Source: Antedon mediterranea (Eukaryota; Animalia; Echinodermata). From it: a stretch of 64,000 nt of DNA. Below, piece by piece: positions 50,871-63,396 of this stretch. The DNA lies in the NCBI RefSeq assembly GCF_964355755.1, contig NC_092675.1:9729812-9793811 (forward strand), written 5' to 3'. Below the pieces are notes generated by a model. That model ran no database searches. It was not told the DNA's origin and saw nothing but the letters and a program-made list of their open reading frames with translations. The translations under genes and the position numbers were made by a program. Numbering within the stretch: the first letter of the stretch is position 1; each line of letters begins with the position of its first letter.

Positions 50871-53061
50871 ATTTTTTGTGTTGTAACATGTTTTGTGAAT
50901 GATGTACAGTATAACTCTATATATTTTAATTGTTTTGTATGTAGTGTATCAAACGACACATTTCCAATGACATGTATGTATTTTGTATGTAATTGGACAA
51001 TAAAAGATTTTTGAATTTTGAATTTTGAATTTTGGATAACACAACCAAGGTAGGTAGTGGATTGAACGTAATTTAGTTCTTTACCACATAGAACAGTTAC
51101 CTAGTTACCATTCAGCTTTTCTTGTCCTAGAGCAAAAGCACATGCAAATTGATTTGTTTGGAATTATATAATACATCAAACTAATTAGCAAAATCCTCAC
51201 ATATGTTGACCATCTTTTGGAGGGCATCTAAAGAGCTCACAACCAAAATTACAATCACTAAGCATACTGTTTAAATTGTCAATGTAAACATTATATAACA
51301 GAGGAGACATAACACCACCCTGTCTAATGCCATTGGTAACTTTAAAACCAGAAGACATAGAGTTACCCCATCTAACAAAAAATCGTTGATTCTCATACCA
51401 AGATTTTAGAAGTCTAATAGAAATTATGTTTGTATCTCTCATAATTAATTTCCGGTACAGTGACCAGTGATTAATTCGGTCGAACGCTTTACTCGCGTCG
51501 AGAAAACAAGTAAATACGGGCTCTCATTCCTATTATAGTAATCCACTATCTGCTTAAAAACAACAAGTATCCGTTGAGTGTTGACTTTGAAAGCAAACTG
51601 GTGATCCCCTGACTTAAGGGTATCTCCACAATAATTGATTAACAATGTTTCAAATATTTTAGATACAACAGAAGCAATAGCTATAGGCCTGTAATTGTCC
51701 ATACTCGTAATGTCACCATGATTTACTTTTTAATTATAGGCACCAGTACAACTCGTACCATTTCATTAGTGACATGGCCGTGAATACACATAGCATTAAA
51801 ACATAAACTAAGTAAAGTAATAACATGTTTTGAAGCATACTTCAAATGCTCTACACTAAGCCCGTCAAATCCAGGTGATTTACCACTATGGAGCTTATTT
51901 ATACTATCCAATATATTACTATCAGTACAAATTTTATCATCAAAAGCAGATACATTAATTTCATCTTTTAACATATATTCTATGAGTATCATTGTTAACA
52001 CAATTGAAAAGGTTCTCATAATGATCAGCCCATGTTTTACGTATATCATTATCCCCTCTAACATCATTAATAATGTTAGATGAACCAGAAGATGAGTTGT
52101 TCATACGCTTTACGTTATTTCAAAAACTGTTAAAATCGTTATCAATATAAGAGTTCGCAATCTTATCAGCTCGAAGCTGCCCTTCATTCTGTCTGCAGTT
52201 CCGAAGAGCCAATTTAAAACGAGATCTAGCAACTTTCATGGTATCAAATAAAGGACCATATATAGGTTTCCCATTAAATTTCCACAACAAGAAAGATTCC
52301 CTAGCTATATCATGAACTTCTGAAACATAGTCGTTCCAACCGGGAACGACTTAAAAGATTTACTTTCAAGCGAAACAAATAAATGATTAGCAGCTTGATT
52401 AAGACAAGAAAAGCAGGAATTGTGTGAAAACAAAGTTTAACACGATTCTATTTTGAGAACTGAGAAGGCTGCTCTCACGTCTCCAACAATTATTCAGTAA
52501 GATATTTTTAATCTTCCCCTTTTTCCCGCCCAACCACATGTAATATCACATGAACTATAAGACGGGCTTTTTCCTGAGCATCCATGTGATATTAGAATAA
52601 TAAAATCTGCGTCTAACTTTAATTATACATATCCACAATCACATGCAGGTTACACGTTTAGAATGTTCATTTTTCCAATAAAATGTTTATATGCCAGAAA
52701 ATGATGTTGTATGCTTATTCTTAAGTCTCTGTGTATCCAAATTATATTATTATACAAAGTATCAATATCATCAAAATGGTTGGTGTCACCACAATTCACA
52801 TCATTGCATGAACATACTGAAGGAGGAATAACAACATCATTAAGCAACAATTTAGTACGCTCCTGATAGTCGTAAATTTCCTGATAAGTAACCTTCTGCC
52901 AATTTATATTTCTTGTATAATTCTTTTGGTTATCTTTTTCATGTTCAATTTCAAAAGAAAAATCATAAACAAAGCAAAGTGGAAAATGATCCGAACCGAT
53001 CATGTCATAACGTATGGAAAGCTCTTTTATTTTAACTCTGTTGGTAGACAGGACAATCATT

Positions 53062-53260
53062 CAATTCTGATCTGCTTCCGAGGAGCAAGCATAGTTGAGA
53101 CTTTCAGTATTGCTGAGCCTGGCTCTGGAACCACTTACCTTTGAACATCATTGAACAAACATGATTATTGAGCACCTATAAGTCACTACTTAAAACTCAC
53201 ATTTTCACATGAGCAATGACTGTTGGAATAGCGCTATATAAATCGATTGATTGATTGATT
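53062..53260 (+). mobile_element. 3' fragment of an L2-like LINE
   Basis: Degenerate FSIA.P / LWNHLP / KSLLKTHIF, then gcgctatataaat + (gatt)n tail. Confidence 0.6.
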
Positions 53261-56200
53261 GTTGTTGATCACGGCCTATGCATTGACTGTTTGTATAAAA
53301 TTCATATGTCATCTATGGTTTGAGGACCGTTGCTCTTTAGTTTATTTTTACAATTATGTTTTTTATTGATTGAAATAAATTGTGAGTTATGAATTAATTT
53401 TATGATTGGTAATACAGCTGTTTTCAATTAGTTAAATTGATTGATTCATTTTCAGTATAATAAATATTTAGATAGGCTTCCTAATTAATCAATGATGATG
53501 ATGATCACTCCTAATTTGTGATACGGACGCACGCATCATCTATACACTTGGAGTTATATGATCTAAATTGTCTTTAGAAAGACTGAACCTTACTGGGACC
53601 GGTATGATTATAATCCTGACATATTATTATGTTTTTATCCTGGATGTCAACGGTAAAAATAACACTTATTCTTAAGAATTATTAAGAATAAATAAAACAT
53701 AACATCATGCGAGTAAACCAGCAGTACAACATCACATCTACGATTATGTGTAAACATCTTGAACGAACATGGTGATACTTGATGTATCGCGACGGACGGA
53801 CGTACTAATTTACTTTTTTATTTTATTTAATCGGTAAAAAAAAGACTCAAAATACAACTCATAGTTGAAATGAAGAGCTTACATAGGAAAATAACATAAT
53901 ACATAATACAAAGTTAAACGAGGGAAAAACGCATTAAGGCCTATGATACAGTAATAATTACTACATGTATAATTCATTTAAACTTTAAATTACTATAACA
54001 ATTGCACAAAGATCAAAAGATAATATTAGTTATTACAAATTCTTGTATATTTATTTAGACAAAAAAAGCATTTGAATGAGCGTATGATTTTGATTGATTA
54101 ATGGAAACAACTCTATAAGACGTGGAATCGTTGATAAAAACAGAAATAGCGTAGATCAGTTGCAGTTGCTTTGCGAAGTTTCGTAATAGTAGCTCTGCCT
54201 TTCTAGCCTGACTAGGCGCTTTAGCATAGTAGCTAATGTAGCCTATACTTGTCTGGTCGTTGACATAATTAACAGTAGGCGTGTTTCCTTTTATCAATCA
54301 CCTCGTGACATTATTGCACTCATAAACATTTATTATTTGTATATTAGTGAATTTGGCAATAAACAATTAAAACAAATAGACTTGTGCACTAGAAATAATG
54401 GATCCAACTGACTATCAATAGACTGTTAGATGTCATTTAATGACAGCTGCAGAACGAGTGATTATTATTATACCATATATGGAGGTGTAGGGCCTATGCT
54501 TTATGAATGCAACATTGAACCTTATTTCAGGATACAAGCTTTCCTCAAACTCCTGCTGGTTAACCCTTTGTTGGCCGCCTAAATTGCCATAGAGGAAAGA
54601 GGCGAACTGTTATAATTCAGTTTATATGAAATCATTGTGGTTGGCGCTAATTTACCCGTATTTATAATTTCATTTCAGTCTAATTTTCAAAAAAGATTTT
54701 TTTTAGTGACGTTACCATTTTCCTCTGTTGTATTTTTCTCAATAAATCATTTAACGTTTAATTGTCAAAAAAAATCTCTTGAGAATGAAAACTGACTTTA
54801 AGAAAAAGAAAATTAAAAATTGCACAATGAATATTATTTATATTCTACACATGAAATGTAAGTACAAGTCGACACTGCGAATTATTACCGTAAGTGAAAT
54901 TTGTAATAAGTATAAAAAAAATGTAAAGACGGTTAACGACATAGTTATATTTAACTACATTTCTCTACTGGATAATAAATCGAAGCCATGTTTACGTTTA
55001 ATTTTTTTATATTAACTTTTGTTCAACTAAAAGCTAAAAATGTATTTATTGAGACAGTCCAGAAGATGTTAGTTTCATCGCATGTGCCTATTTTTCAACT
55101 GCGTTATACCTTTCCTACAATTTAAAGTACAATCATTTTCACACAAGTAAAGTTCGAATCTAAAATTACTCAAAGATTTCGCTACAATTATCGTAGTAAA
55201 TGTGCACAATGGTCCTTGGTTTATAATTAGTAATGAAGAAATTTATATTTGCAATATTTTATATTGTAAATACAAATTATAAGTAGTAGTTGTACTAAGG
55301 TGACATCGGGTATGAAGCATCTCACATACGCACAGAGCCAAAATCGCATCTTGGACTTTCACAGTGTATGGACTCTAACCTTAAGGTTTTCATTAAATAT
55401 ATCATTGCACGCTATCATTCTAAATATCTAACTTTCACACTTTTGCCTTCCTTTTTTTTCATTTCATCCTTTTTAGGTGAAAGGTGAAAAGAGAGATACT
55501 ACATTTTCCTCCTCTGAGTTTATAGCCTCTCTACTCGAACACAAATAAGATCACAAATTAGATAGTTTAACGAGAAAATTCTAGTCATGTATTTTACCGC
55601 CATTTCTCATTTTTACATTTTTATTAACATTGTATCTAAAATTTTAAATGAAAACAAATATGGTTAATTCTGAATTCAAGCATCTTATTATGTTAAAAGT
55701 ATTTTAACTACTTTAAACACTTACTTTTAATTGTCAAAAATGTACTTATATGTATTATAATATATTCACCAATGAGAATTTAAATAAACGTGAGATGAAC
55801 TCACACAAGACAAAAAAAAGTAATGAAGAAATTTAGATTAGGCTATTAGAACACAGGAAGAGGAATTGGCACCTGATTCTACATCACACTAGCGCAAGCG
55901 TGAACCAAAACCAAAATGTTGTCTGTTGTATAAGACACATTTTGAAATGTTTTTTTTTTTACTAGGGCTCCTCTCAAAATATAATTTGACAAATTTATAG
56001 ATGGAGATAATTTTAAATAATACCTTTTGAATAATTGAACTTTTGAATTATAAATATGCCAGAAACAATAAGAAAATACTTACAAAATACTCCCCAACGT
56101 TTTATTATAATTTTATACCAACTCAATTGAGTGTGTTTCATCATTTCTCTATTTTCTGAGTGTGTTCTACAGCTGTCTCACCATGAATCGAAATGGTTAG

Positions 56201-56768
56201 CAGTGTTTACATTTTTCTGTGTCGGTCGGGATTTAGCATGTATGAAAGTGATAATTTGAGTTGTAATTAGGTAAAGCACTTTGTCTCATAATTACCGTAC
56301 TTCTTCAACCCGTATCATTCAATTCTGAGTTCGTCTGGAAAAAAATAGCAATATTTCTATACATTACACCCTTTGAAAACCCAATAAAATTGGCCTTACT
56401 TCCCAGGATACACTATGACACATGCGCCAGAATCACAGGCAGATACGAAACACTAATTTACATTCGGTTATATGTAAAGAGAAATCGCAGAATTCATAAA
56501 AAAAATCCCCTTATCTCTTGTCTTGCACGTCGCCATGAGCTACAAATTGCAGAGAGGGGAAATTTCCAATCACTAGTCATCATGTTAATTACGCTGAAAA
56601 TGTGTTTCTTTCTTTGTTTTTGGTCCCATTTCGGGTGTGATGTCACTTACAACAAATGGTATCTGAATAAAGAAACATAATGAATTACGTTTTGGTTGCT
56701 AGTTACTCATTACACAATTATTAGTTATTGCCAGCATTGTTTCCTCTGCTTTATAACATTCCCGTACA

Positions 56769-56880
56769 TTTTTAGTCGCGTACAACGCCACTCTACATCT
56801 CACTATGTCGGTCGGTTGGTCAGTCAGTCGGTAAACACTAACTTTAGCACACGACTGCAGCCATATATATGGCCTTGTAT
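56769..56880 (+). mobile_element. Mini-HINE related to 28727-28856
   Basis: tttttagtcgcgt..acgc.actcta..tcactatgtcggtcggttggt..tttagcac.cgact..ggccttgt, colinear with the reverse complement of the 28.7-kb copy. Confidence 0.7.
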
Positions 56881-57074
56881 AACAATATTAAGTCATAGTT
56901 TACCACAACCAAATTGACAAATTGGTTTAATATATGCTTATATAATTCTACTGCGCACTCATAAAGTCCCGTTTACTCTATAGGTTCAAAATCTAGGTAA
57001 GTTGTTCTACAGGTTAAAATTCACCATCTCAAGTTGCAATGTCTTACTAGAGTAGTCCCAATCATTTCATAACT

Positions 57075-57653
57075 AAACAAGAAATATTTCTTACAAAACG
57101 TAACAGTTTTAAAGATATATTGTCCCTCTGAAAAATATTTTAATTTCAAATTTGTGTTTGAATGTGTCATTTTATTGTCACATAATAATTATTTTACCTG
57201 AAAAAATGTAATTTAATGCAAAAAATACTTAAATTGTCTGTCAGACAATGGTTTTTGAGTTATAATTAAACGTTTCTTTTCTTTTTTTATATGTGAACAA
57301 ATATTATTTTTTGTTACAGAGTCTGTGTTTCATATCAGTCACTTTAGTTTATTTTATTGCTAAGGTCAAGTCTTGGGGTCACTTCATCATGCCTAGATAC
57401 TTCATTCAAGTGTGAAGTATCATCTGACAGCGAATTATATAATATCATGGGACTCATAAATACCCCAAATGCTTTGGGATTTGTCATTCAACCGTTAGAC
57501 TCTTTCCCAGAGGTTTGTTGGTGGTACCTATAAATTACAGTCGAGTAAACATTTTAGCAAAACTGTCAACCTTAGATATATAACTGCTGCTTTACTTTTG
57601 GTTTCTTAATGAGTCATCCGCCTGAGACGTAGCGGGCTAAAGCAGCAGCGTGA
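57075..57653. repeat. Truncated end fragment of the Kolobok-like family
   Basis: TTAA-AGATATATTGTCCCTC at 57109-57128, followed by ~520 bp that is a diverged inverted copy of ~60311-60875. Confidence 0.75.
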
Positions 57654-57972
57654 TAATTCATGGGACTTTTGTTATCGAAAATGGTATCGGAAATAAACAA
57701 TAGCTTAAAAAAACTCATGTAGGCCTATATATGAATTCACATTCGACAGCGGAAAACCCGCCAAAAAACCAGAATAAAATTAAGAATGACTTGCATATTT
57801 TTCATATTATCTGTGTATTAAATTTGTAAGAATTATCGAATATATAGGTCCATTATAGGTAGTCCATACATATACACAGAACCGTTCAAATGTAAGGTTT
57901 CTGTGTCTGTTGTGTTTTGTAGAGTTGTGTATGAATCCAAATGTAGAACAATATCAATGCTGTGAATATTAA

Positions 57973-60900
57973 AGATGTATTGTCCCCCTGAAAAAAATTT
58001 TTTTTTCAATATTTTTGTTGAATAGGCCATTTTAATTGCACATAAAAGTTATTCACTTTGACCTCAATTTGGATTGAAAAAAATAATTTTTTACACGGGA
58101 AAATCGCAATTTAATGCAAATATTAACCAACCGGAAGCTATTTGTCTGGAAGACAAATGTGTTCCGGTTTAATTTAACCCTTGACCTGAGTTAGCTCATA
58201 AATATTCATATTGTATGGATACATCGTGTGGATGATGATGCTTTCCAAATCAACAGCCAACAACATAGCAATGCATGCGTGCGAGAGAGTCGAGTAGTGA
58301 TGCGAGACGAATCTTGAAGAAAACATGAAAACTATAGCTAGCAGAATGCTAAGTTAGAATTACAGTTGGTAACTTTGATGTTGAATCTTATTCATTTAGG
58401 TGAGTTTTTGTTTCGCTAACAGGAGAGGCCTAGCTAGGCCTAGGCCCGAATTTGCTGCTACTGTACTACTACTAGTCTACTAGTACTACTAAAGTAGGCA
58501 GCAGTTAGGCTACTCGAGACTGTCAGTGCTAGGCTAGCACTGACAGTCTCGAGAAGCCTAACTGCTGCCTACTTCTGTCTCTAGAAGTAGAGTGTAGTGG
58601 GCCTAGCTAGGCAGTACACTGCTAGCTAGGGCTACAGTAGACCACCACCAGAAGGGATGTATTTTTGTTTTAATCATGATGAATTGGTTTAATTTTTAAA
58701 GATTTCAACTATCCATTCGGCAGTGAAAATAAAAAAAAAAAGAAAATCTAAATATTGTTTTGGATGTTTTACTGATGCAATATTTTAAAAATATTTTCTG
58801 TATCAAATGCAATAGGTTCAAATTAACATTCCGCAAATAAACATTTTATGCAGATATTTTGACACAAATTTCTTTTTTTTTTTAGGTTGATTGATTGAAC
58901 AATAAGAGCAAGTAGTGAGAAACATAAAATGTATCGTACAGTGGCAACATTCACAATTTATTGAAACGTTTCTTACTATTAAAATGACACTTTGTAATGG
59001 ATGTGAGCGATCTTAGAAGACTATAGCTGTCGTAATTACTGCCACAATCAACACATTGATAATTAGTAGACAAATTGACACAAAAAACAATACAGGAATT
59101 CAATAAGATATACTGTATATATATATTTTATTAACTCCTTTTGCACTGTAATATTTACAGTAAAATTATGAAGTGTAAGTAAATTTGAAGAATATATCCT
59201 GTGTACTGTTGTAGTAGTTTTTTTTTTTTTATTGAATGTTATGTTTACAAAATAATATACTGTACATATAATACAAAAAAATTATACAATATTTTACAAG
59301 CTGGACAAGAACATATTGGCCGAATGCAGCAGGAGAGTCAGAAATATTTTTCCTGCAATATCCAATCATATTCCAATACCGAGTCTATCATTGTTGTCTT
59401 TGGGTGACCTCTGTTCCAGTCTTCATCAGCTCAACGTCTTTAAAAAAAGTAAAAGCAAAGTATGAAAAATTGGGCTAGTGAAATTGCTTACTTTGACATA
59501 GTCAAATAAGTATACTACCTTTCTATGGTAATTAAAACACATTACTTATAATGTTATAACTTATAAAAAGAGAAAATAAATATTTGACTTACTACAGAAT
59601 ATTTGTTTGTGTTGTAAAATGGCTAAGCTGGCTTTCCCCTCTGTCTACTTGTACTGTACAGTGCTGCTGGAAGGTTGTCAATTTCAGGCTTGTATTGCAA
59701 CCATTTTCCCTGAAAAATGTTTGTTTTATTTTTATCATAAAAATTAGTTAAACAAGCTTCAACTGTAAATATATATGGTACAGCAAGCTGGCTGTATTTT
59801 CGGAATGTAGCTAAGATTGATGGCATATAGCCTAGGCCAGTCTATGAAGAGTACAATGTATAGGGCCTAGCTGGGCATCTTCTGCAGGGACCCGATTGTC
59901 ACAGTCTGCTTGCTACTAGCCTAGTAATATGCAGCAGCATGTATTAATTATTCTAGGCCTAGCCCTGAACGGAAAAAATCCCAGGCTAAGTTAATTAATT
60001 TACCTTCCTGTTATTATTGCGTTATATATATTATTATATTTAAAATAACCGTCTAGGCCTACTTACCGACAAATTAACAGCTCAGCTTTACATATTTATA
60101 CGATCAGGCCAGGGAAACCCACAGTCGAGTCGCGTCGATCTCTGGTGGTGGTGTTGTTGTACGTACATACAACGTGCATCGTCCATTGTTAGATCAGATC
60201 TCTGCTGTGTGGATGCTCATTAACATATTATGCATATGTATGAGTTAGCTCTACCGGCCTAATTTCTGAGCCGATGAGTTCGAAAAAATGGTAAACTTAT
60301 TTTGATTTTTCACGCTGCTGCTCTAGCCCGCTACGTCCCATTAGGACTACTCAATCAGAAGCTAAAGCAAGCAGCAGTTATAGTTCTAAGGACAGACAGT
60401 TTTGTGAAAATGGAAACTCCACTATGATTTATTGATTCCAGCTGCTACAGTAGACCCAAAAAACGGCTGGGAAAGAGTCTATTAGGACATGTCATGCTAA
60501 AATTACAAATCCCTAAGCATTTCTGGTATATTCACTGTCAGATATTCATTGAATTATTATCGAAACAGTCCATTAAAGTTTGTGTTTGTAATAGGATACT
60601 TCACAATTGAAATATCTATGGGTGATGAAGTGACCCCCAGATTTGACCTTAGCAATAAAATTAACTAAAGTGACAGAAATTGAGTATTCACTTCTGTAAC
60701 AAAAAAGTAATATTTATTCACATATAAAAAAGGAAAAGAAACCCAAAAACCATTGTCTGACAGACAATTTAAGTATTTGTTGCTTTAAATTACATTTTTT
60801 TCAGGTAAAATAACTATCTATTATGTGACAATAAAATGACACATTCAAAAACATTTGAAATAAAAAATATTTTTCAATAAGCGAGCAGCGTTTTTTGTAA

Positions 60901-61049
60901 GAAATATTTCTTGTTTATAAGCGAAATCAATATTTTTGTCGGATTTTTTTTCGGTGGAAGTGAATAACTGTATGTTAACTACAAAACGGTCTATTCAAAA
61001 TTTGATTTTGTTCATCTTTATTTTTCATTTTTTGGGGGACAATACATCT
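57973..61049. mobile_element. ~3.1-kb Kolobok-like DNA transposon, non-autonomous or decayed
   Basis: Perfect 16-bp TIR AGATGTATTGTCCCCC / GGGGGACAATACATCT; TTAA on both flanks; RR..YY termini (Kolobok-type rather than piggyBac CCY). No intact ORF. Confidence 0.75.
58492..58574. repeat. 83-bp near-perfect palindrome
   Basis: 41-bp arms AAGTAGGCAGCAGTTAGGCT(A/T)CTCGAGACTGTCAGTGCTAG, 1 mismatch, 1-nt spacer. Confidence 0.92.
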
Positions 61050-62474
61050 TTAAAGTACTAATTCAGTAATAAATGAATAGATAATTGCAAAATGATGATT
61101 TAAAACAGCTAGACAAATTTGCATTTTATATGTGTTTTTTTTGTAAGATGTTTATGTATAAGTGTAGTGAATTGTGTATTTATCAAAGCTTTTATGTATG
61201 TATATAATATATGTAAATATGCACACTGTACATTCTTTATTGCATGTGAAATTTAAAATGATAACATTTTTAATGTCTAAGTTTATAAATAGAATAATAA
61301 ACATAAATTTGGTTAAATGATAATATGTATAAACAAAAGGTATAAGAGAGAATATGCGTTGTTAAACGAAAATATTCTTGACTAAAACAAATGCAATTCT
61401 ATATAGTTAGACCATGGTTGTAAATCTATAGGCCTAACAACAACAGAAGAAAAACAAAATGCTAAGAAAAAACAATATATATACAAATTTAGCATAGAGA
61501 TGTTAAATTAAATGGGTTTATTAAAATATTACTATAAGAAATAAATATGCATGTAGATGAAAAAAAAACAAAAACAAAAATAAGTTTGTTTGTGTTATAG
61601 ATAATGTATGTATAAAAAGAAGGAAATGTGATAATAAGCAAACAAATAAACAAAACTATTTAAAAAAAATGTATTTATGTAAATAGACGATGAAATCAAA
61701 CATTGTTAATATAATAATATGTATGTGTATTGAAATGAAAATGTGTTTAGAGAAAAATATAATTATGTAAAGAGATAGGAACATATGTATGGAAATAAAA
61801 GTGGAATGAACCCACATAAGATAAACAAAAATTGTATTACCATGATCAAATTAATTCACAGTACAATCTTTATTGTTCTAGAGTTAAACTAATTGTATTG
61901 AAATTACTAATTCAAAGTGAAAATTAATTCTATAATGTTTAGAACTGACAACATTACATTACGTCTTACACTTATAACATTTCGTTGATCTGTTTTAATT
62001 TCATAGCACTCCTAAAAATAGCACAAAATATATTATGGCCTAATTCGGAATAGGAATTAATTTATAGAATTTCAACTAATGATTCTTAGTGTAGGCCGAC
62101 ATTCTAATTGTGTTTTTGTACAAATAGTTGTTATTCCCTAGGAAATTGGCCTAATCAATCATCTTTAAAACTCTTTTTTTTATTATGATTTAATCTTTCC
62201 AAATACGTTGGAAAAAGATAAACAAAGATAAAATAAATTACAATTTGCCAATAAATCAGTCAAACGAAACATAAAGAACACTCTTAAAATGACAACATTG
62301 TAAAAGTAAGCCTAAAGTCCTCTGCATGCATAATTACAGTGCAACATTATATTTTAAAACAATTTTTATCATATAGGCCTACTTCGCATAACACAATTTG
62401 GTGTTTTATCGTTATTGTTATTTATTTATATATTTTGTGGTATTGATGAGTCAAGTCATTGCTTAATGTTAAGT

Positions 62475-63158
62475 CTGCTGATATTACTATTCTTACTGAA
62501 ACTTGGCAAATAGAGCAAATAAAAAATGTATACTTACCACCGAGTTCATAAACTAAGCGGTCTACGTTAAGGATACATTTTATTCCAAGATCATTGTCAC
62601 TGTTCCAATAGGCCTACCAATAGCGAATATCAGTGAGTTTGGGGACACATTCACCCTAAAAGATTACCCCGAGATATATCTGGTATTATTGTTTGTGAAG
62701 TGTATGTTCCAGCTGATCCTAATAAGGATGAGATTATGAACTACCTTACAGAATCTGTTGATAAGTTAAAAACAGAAATACCCTAAATATGTAAATAAAC
62801 CAACCAGGAACGCTGCCATGTTAGTACTATAGTAAGTAAATACAACAAATATCATGTGATCTAATCACCAATAGGTATGAGTGATCATAATGTTGTTGTT
62901 TGGCCGCCTAGTGTTCAAGACAAAGAAAGTGCTTTTTATAGTATTTTAGTTTTTTTTCAGTTTTTTCCAATACAATCGTTTAAACTTCACTCAAGCGACA
63001 AGCCCTGGGTGAATAAGATGGTGACAGACCTTATTTTAAAACTGCAAGAATGTTTTGCTAATGAGGGCAAGTCAATCAATGGAAACACTCGAAACCGTGT
63101 CCTCAAACAACAAAGGCATATAATTAGGAAATCATCACGGGTTTCTGATATTGCTTAA
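62475..63158 (+). pseudogene. Heavily decayed LINE APE endonuclease/linker fragment
   Basis: ADITILTETW, PKRLPRDISGIIVCEVYVP, SDHNVVVW and FP..SFKLHSSDKPWV in the expected order across shifting frames. Confidence 0.65.
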
Positions 63159-63396
63159 AAAGCAAAATATTTTGCAACAACTGGGTGGCATCTTCAGTCA
63201 AATATTAATAATGACAGTGACAATGACAGTGACAATTATTATTATTACAGTCATGTGTGGTCCTACATATCTTTAAAATAGTATCATGTCGATTGTGTTT
63301 TAATTTCTTATTAGTGTAAACTGTCATGTCCAAGTAATTCAAATGTTTTTATTTTCTGTGGCTGCTAATGTTTGATGGTCATGCCATTGTAAGTAT

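Larger units (their letters stand above)
47305..51033 (+). mobile_element. 5'-truncated Rex1/Babar-like LINE
   Basis: YPNNKTWLT, RPIALTSLVMKCMER, LDPMQFAYR, LLFIDFSSAFNTIQP, GSPQGCVLSPLL, YADD, KGQQRL; 3' end acatttcc..ggacaataaaa + (ttttgaa)n at ~50960-51033. Confidence 0.85.
46662..53060 (-). mobile_element. Decayed RTEX-like LINE, split by a Rex1/Babar-like insertion
   Basis: 51033-53060 carries GSDHFP, KSPGFDGL..EHLKYA, NYRPIAIAS, GIRQGGVMSPLLYNVYID and YLG. It resumes at ~47300-47100 with DIKRQYRSLCIRGNSLCRKFSKCSTDVKITLFKSYC..YNNAFR, and ends with tatggac..tctgaaatcaaag(tgaat)n at 46662-46723. Many frameshifts. Confidence 0.78.

Noticed and set aside
41660-53060. Retron, DGR or group II intron RT systems
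   Set aside because: All RTs have eukaryotic non-LTR signatures (APE domain, 3' microsatellite or polyA tails); no msr/msd, TR/VR or intron structure seen.
60067-60190. Degenerate THAP exon within the Kolobok-like element
   Set aside because: Only a GFP tripeptide and a gtaagt donor; the cysteine pattern is not recoverable.
57113-60875. Single element with ~550-bp TIRs
   Set aside because: The arms are much more diverged than the perfect 16-bp TIR pair at 57973/61049, and the inverted arm has no TTAA terminus at 60875; better read as a separate fragment.
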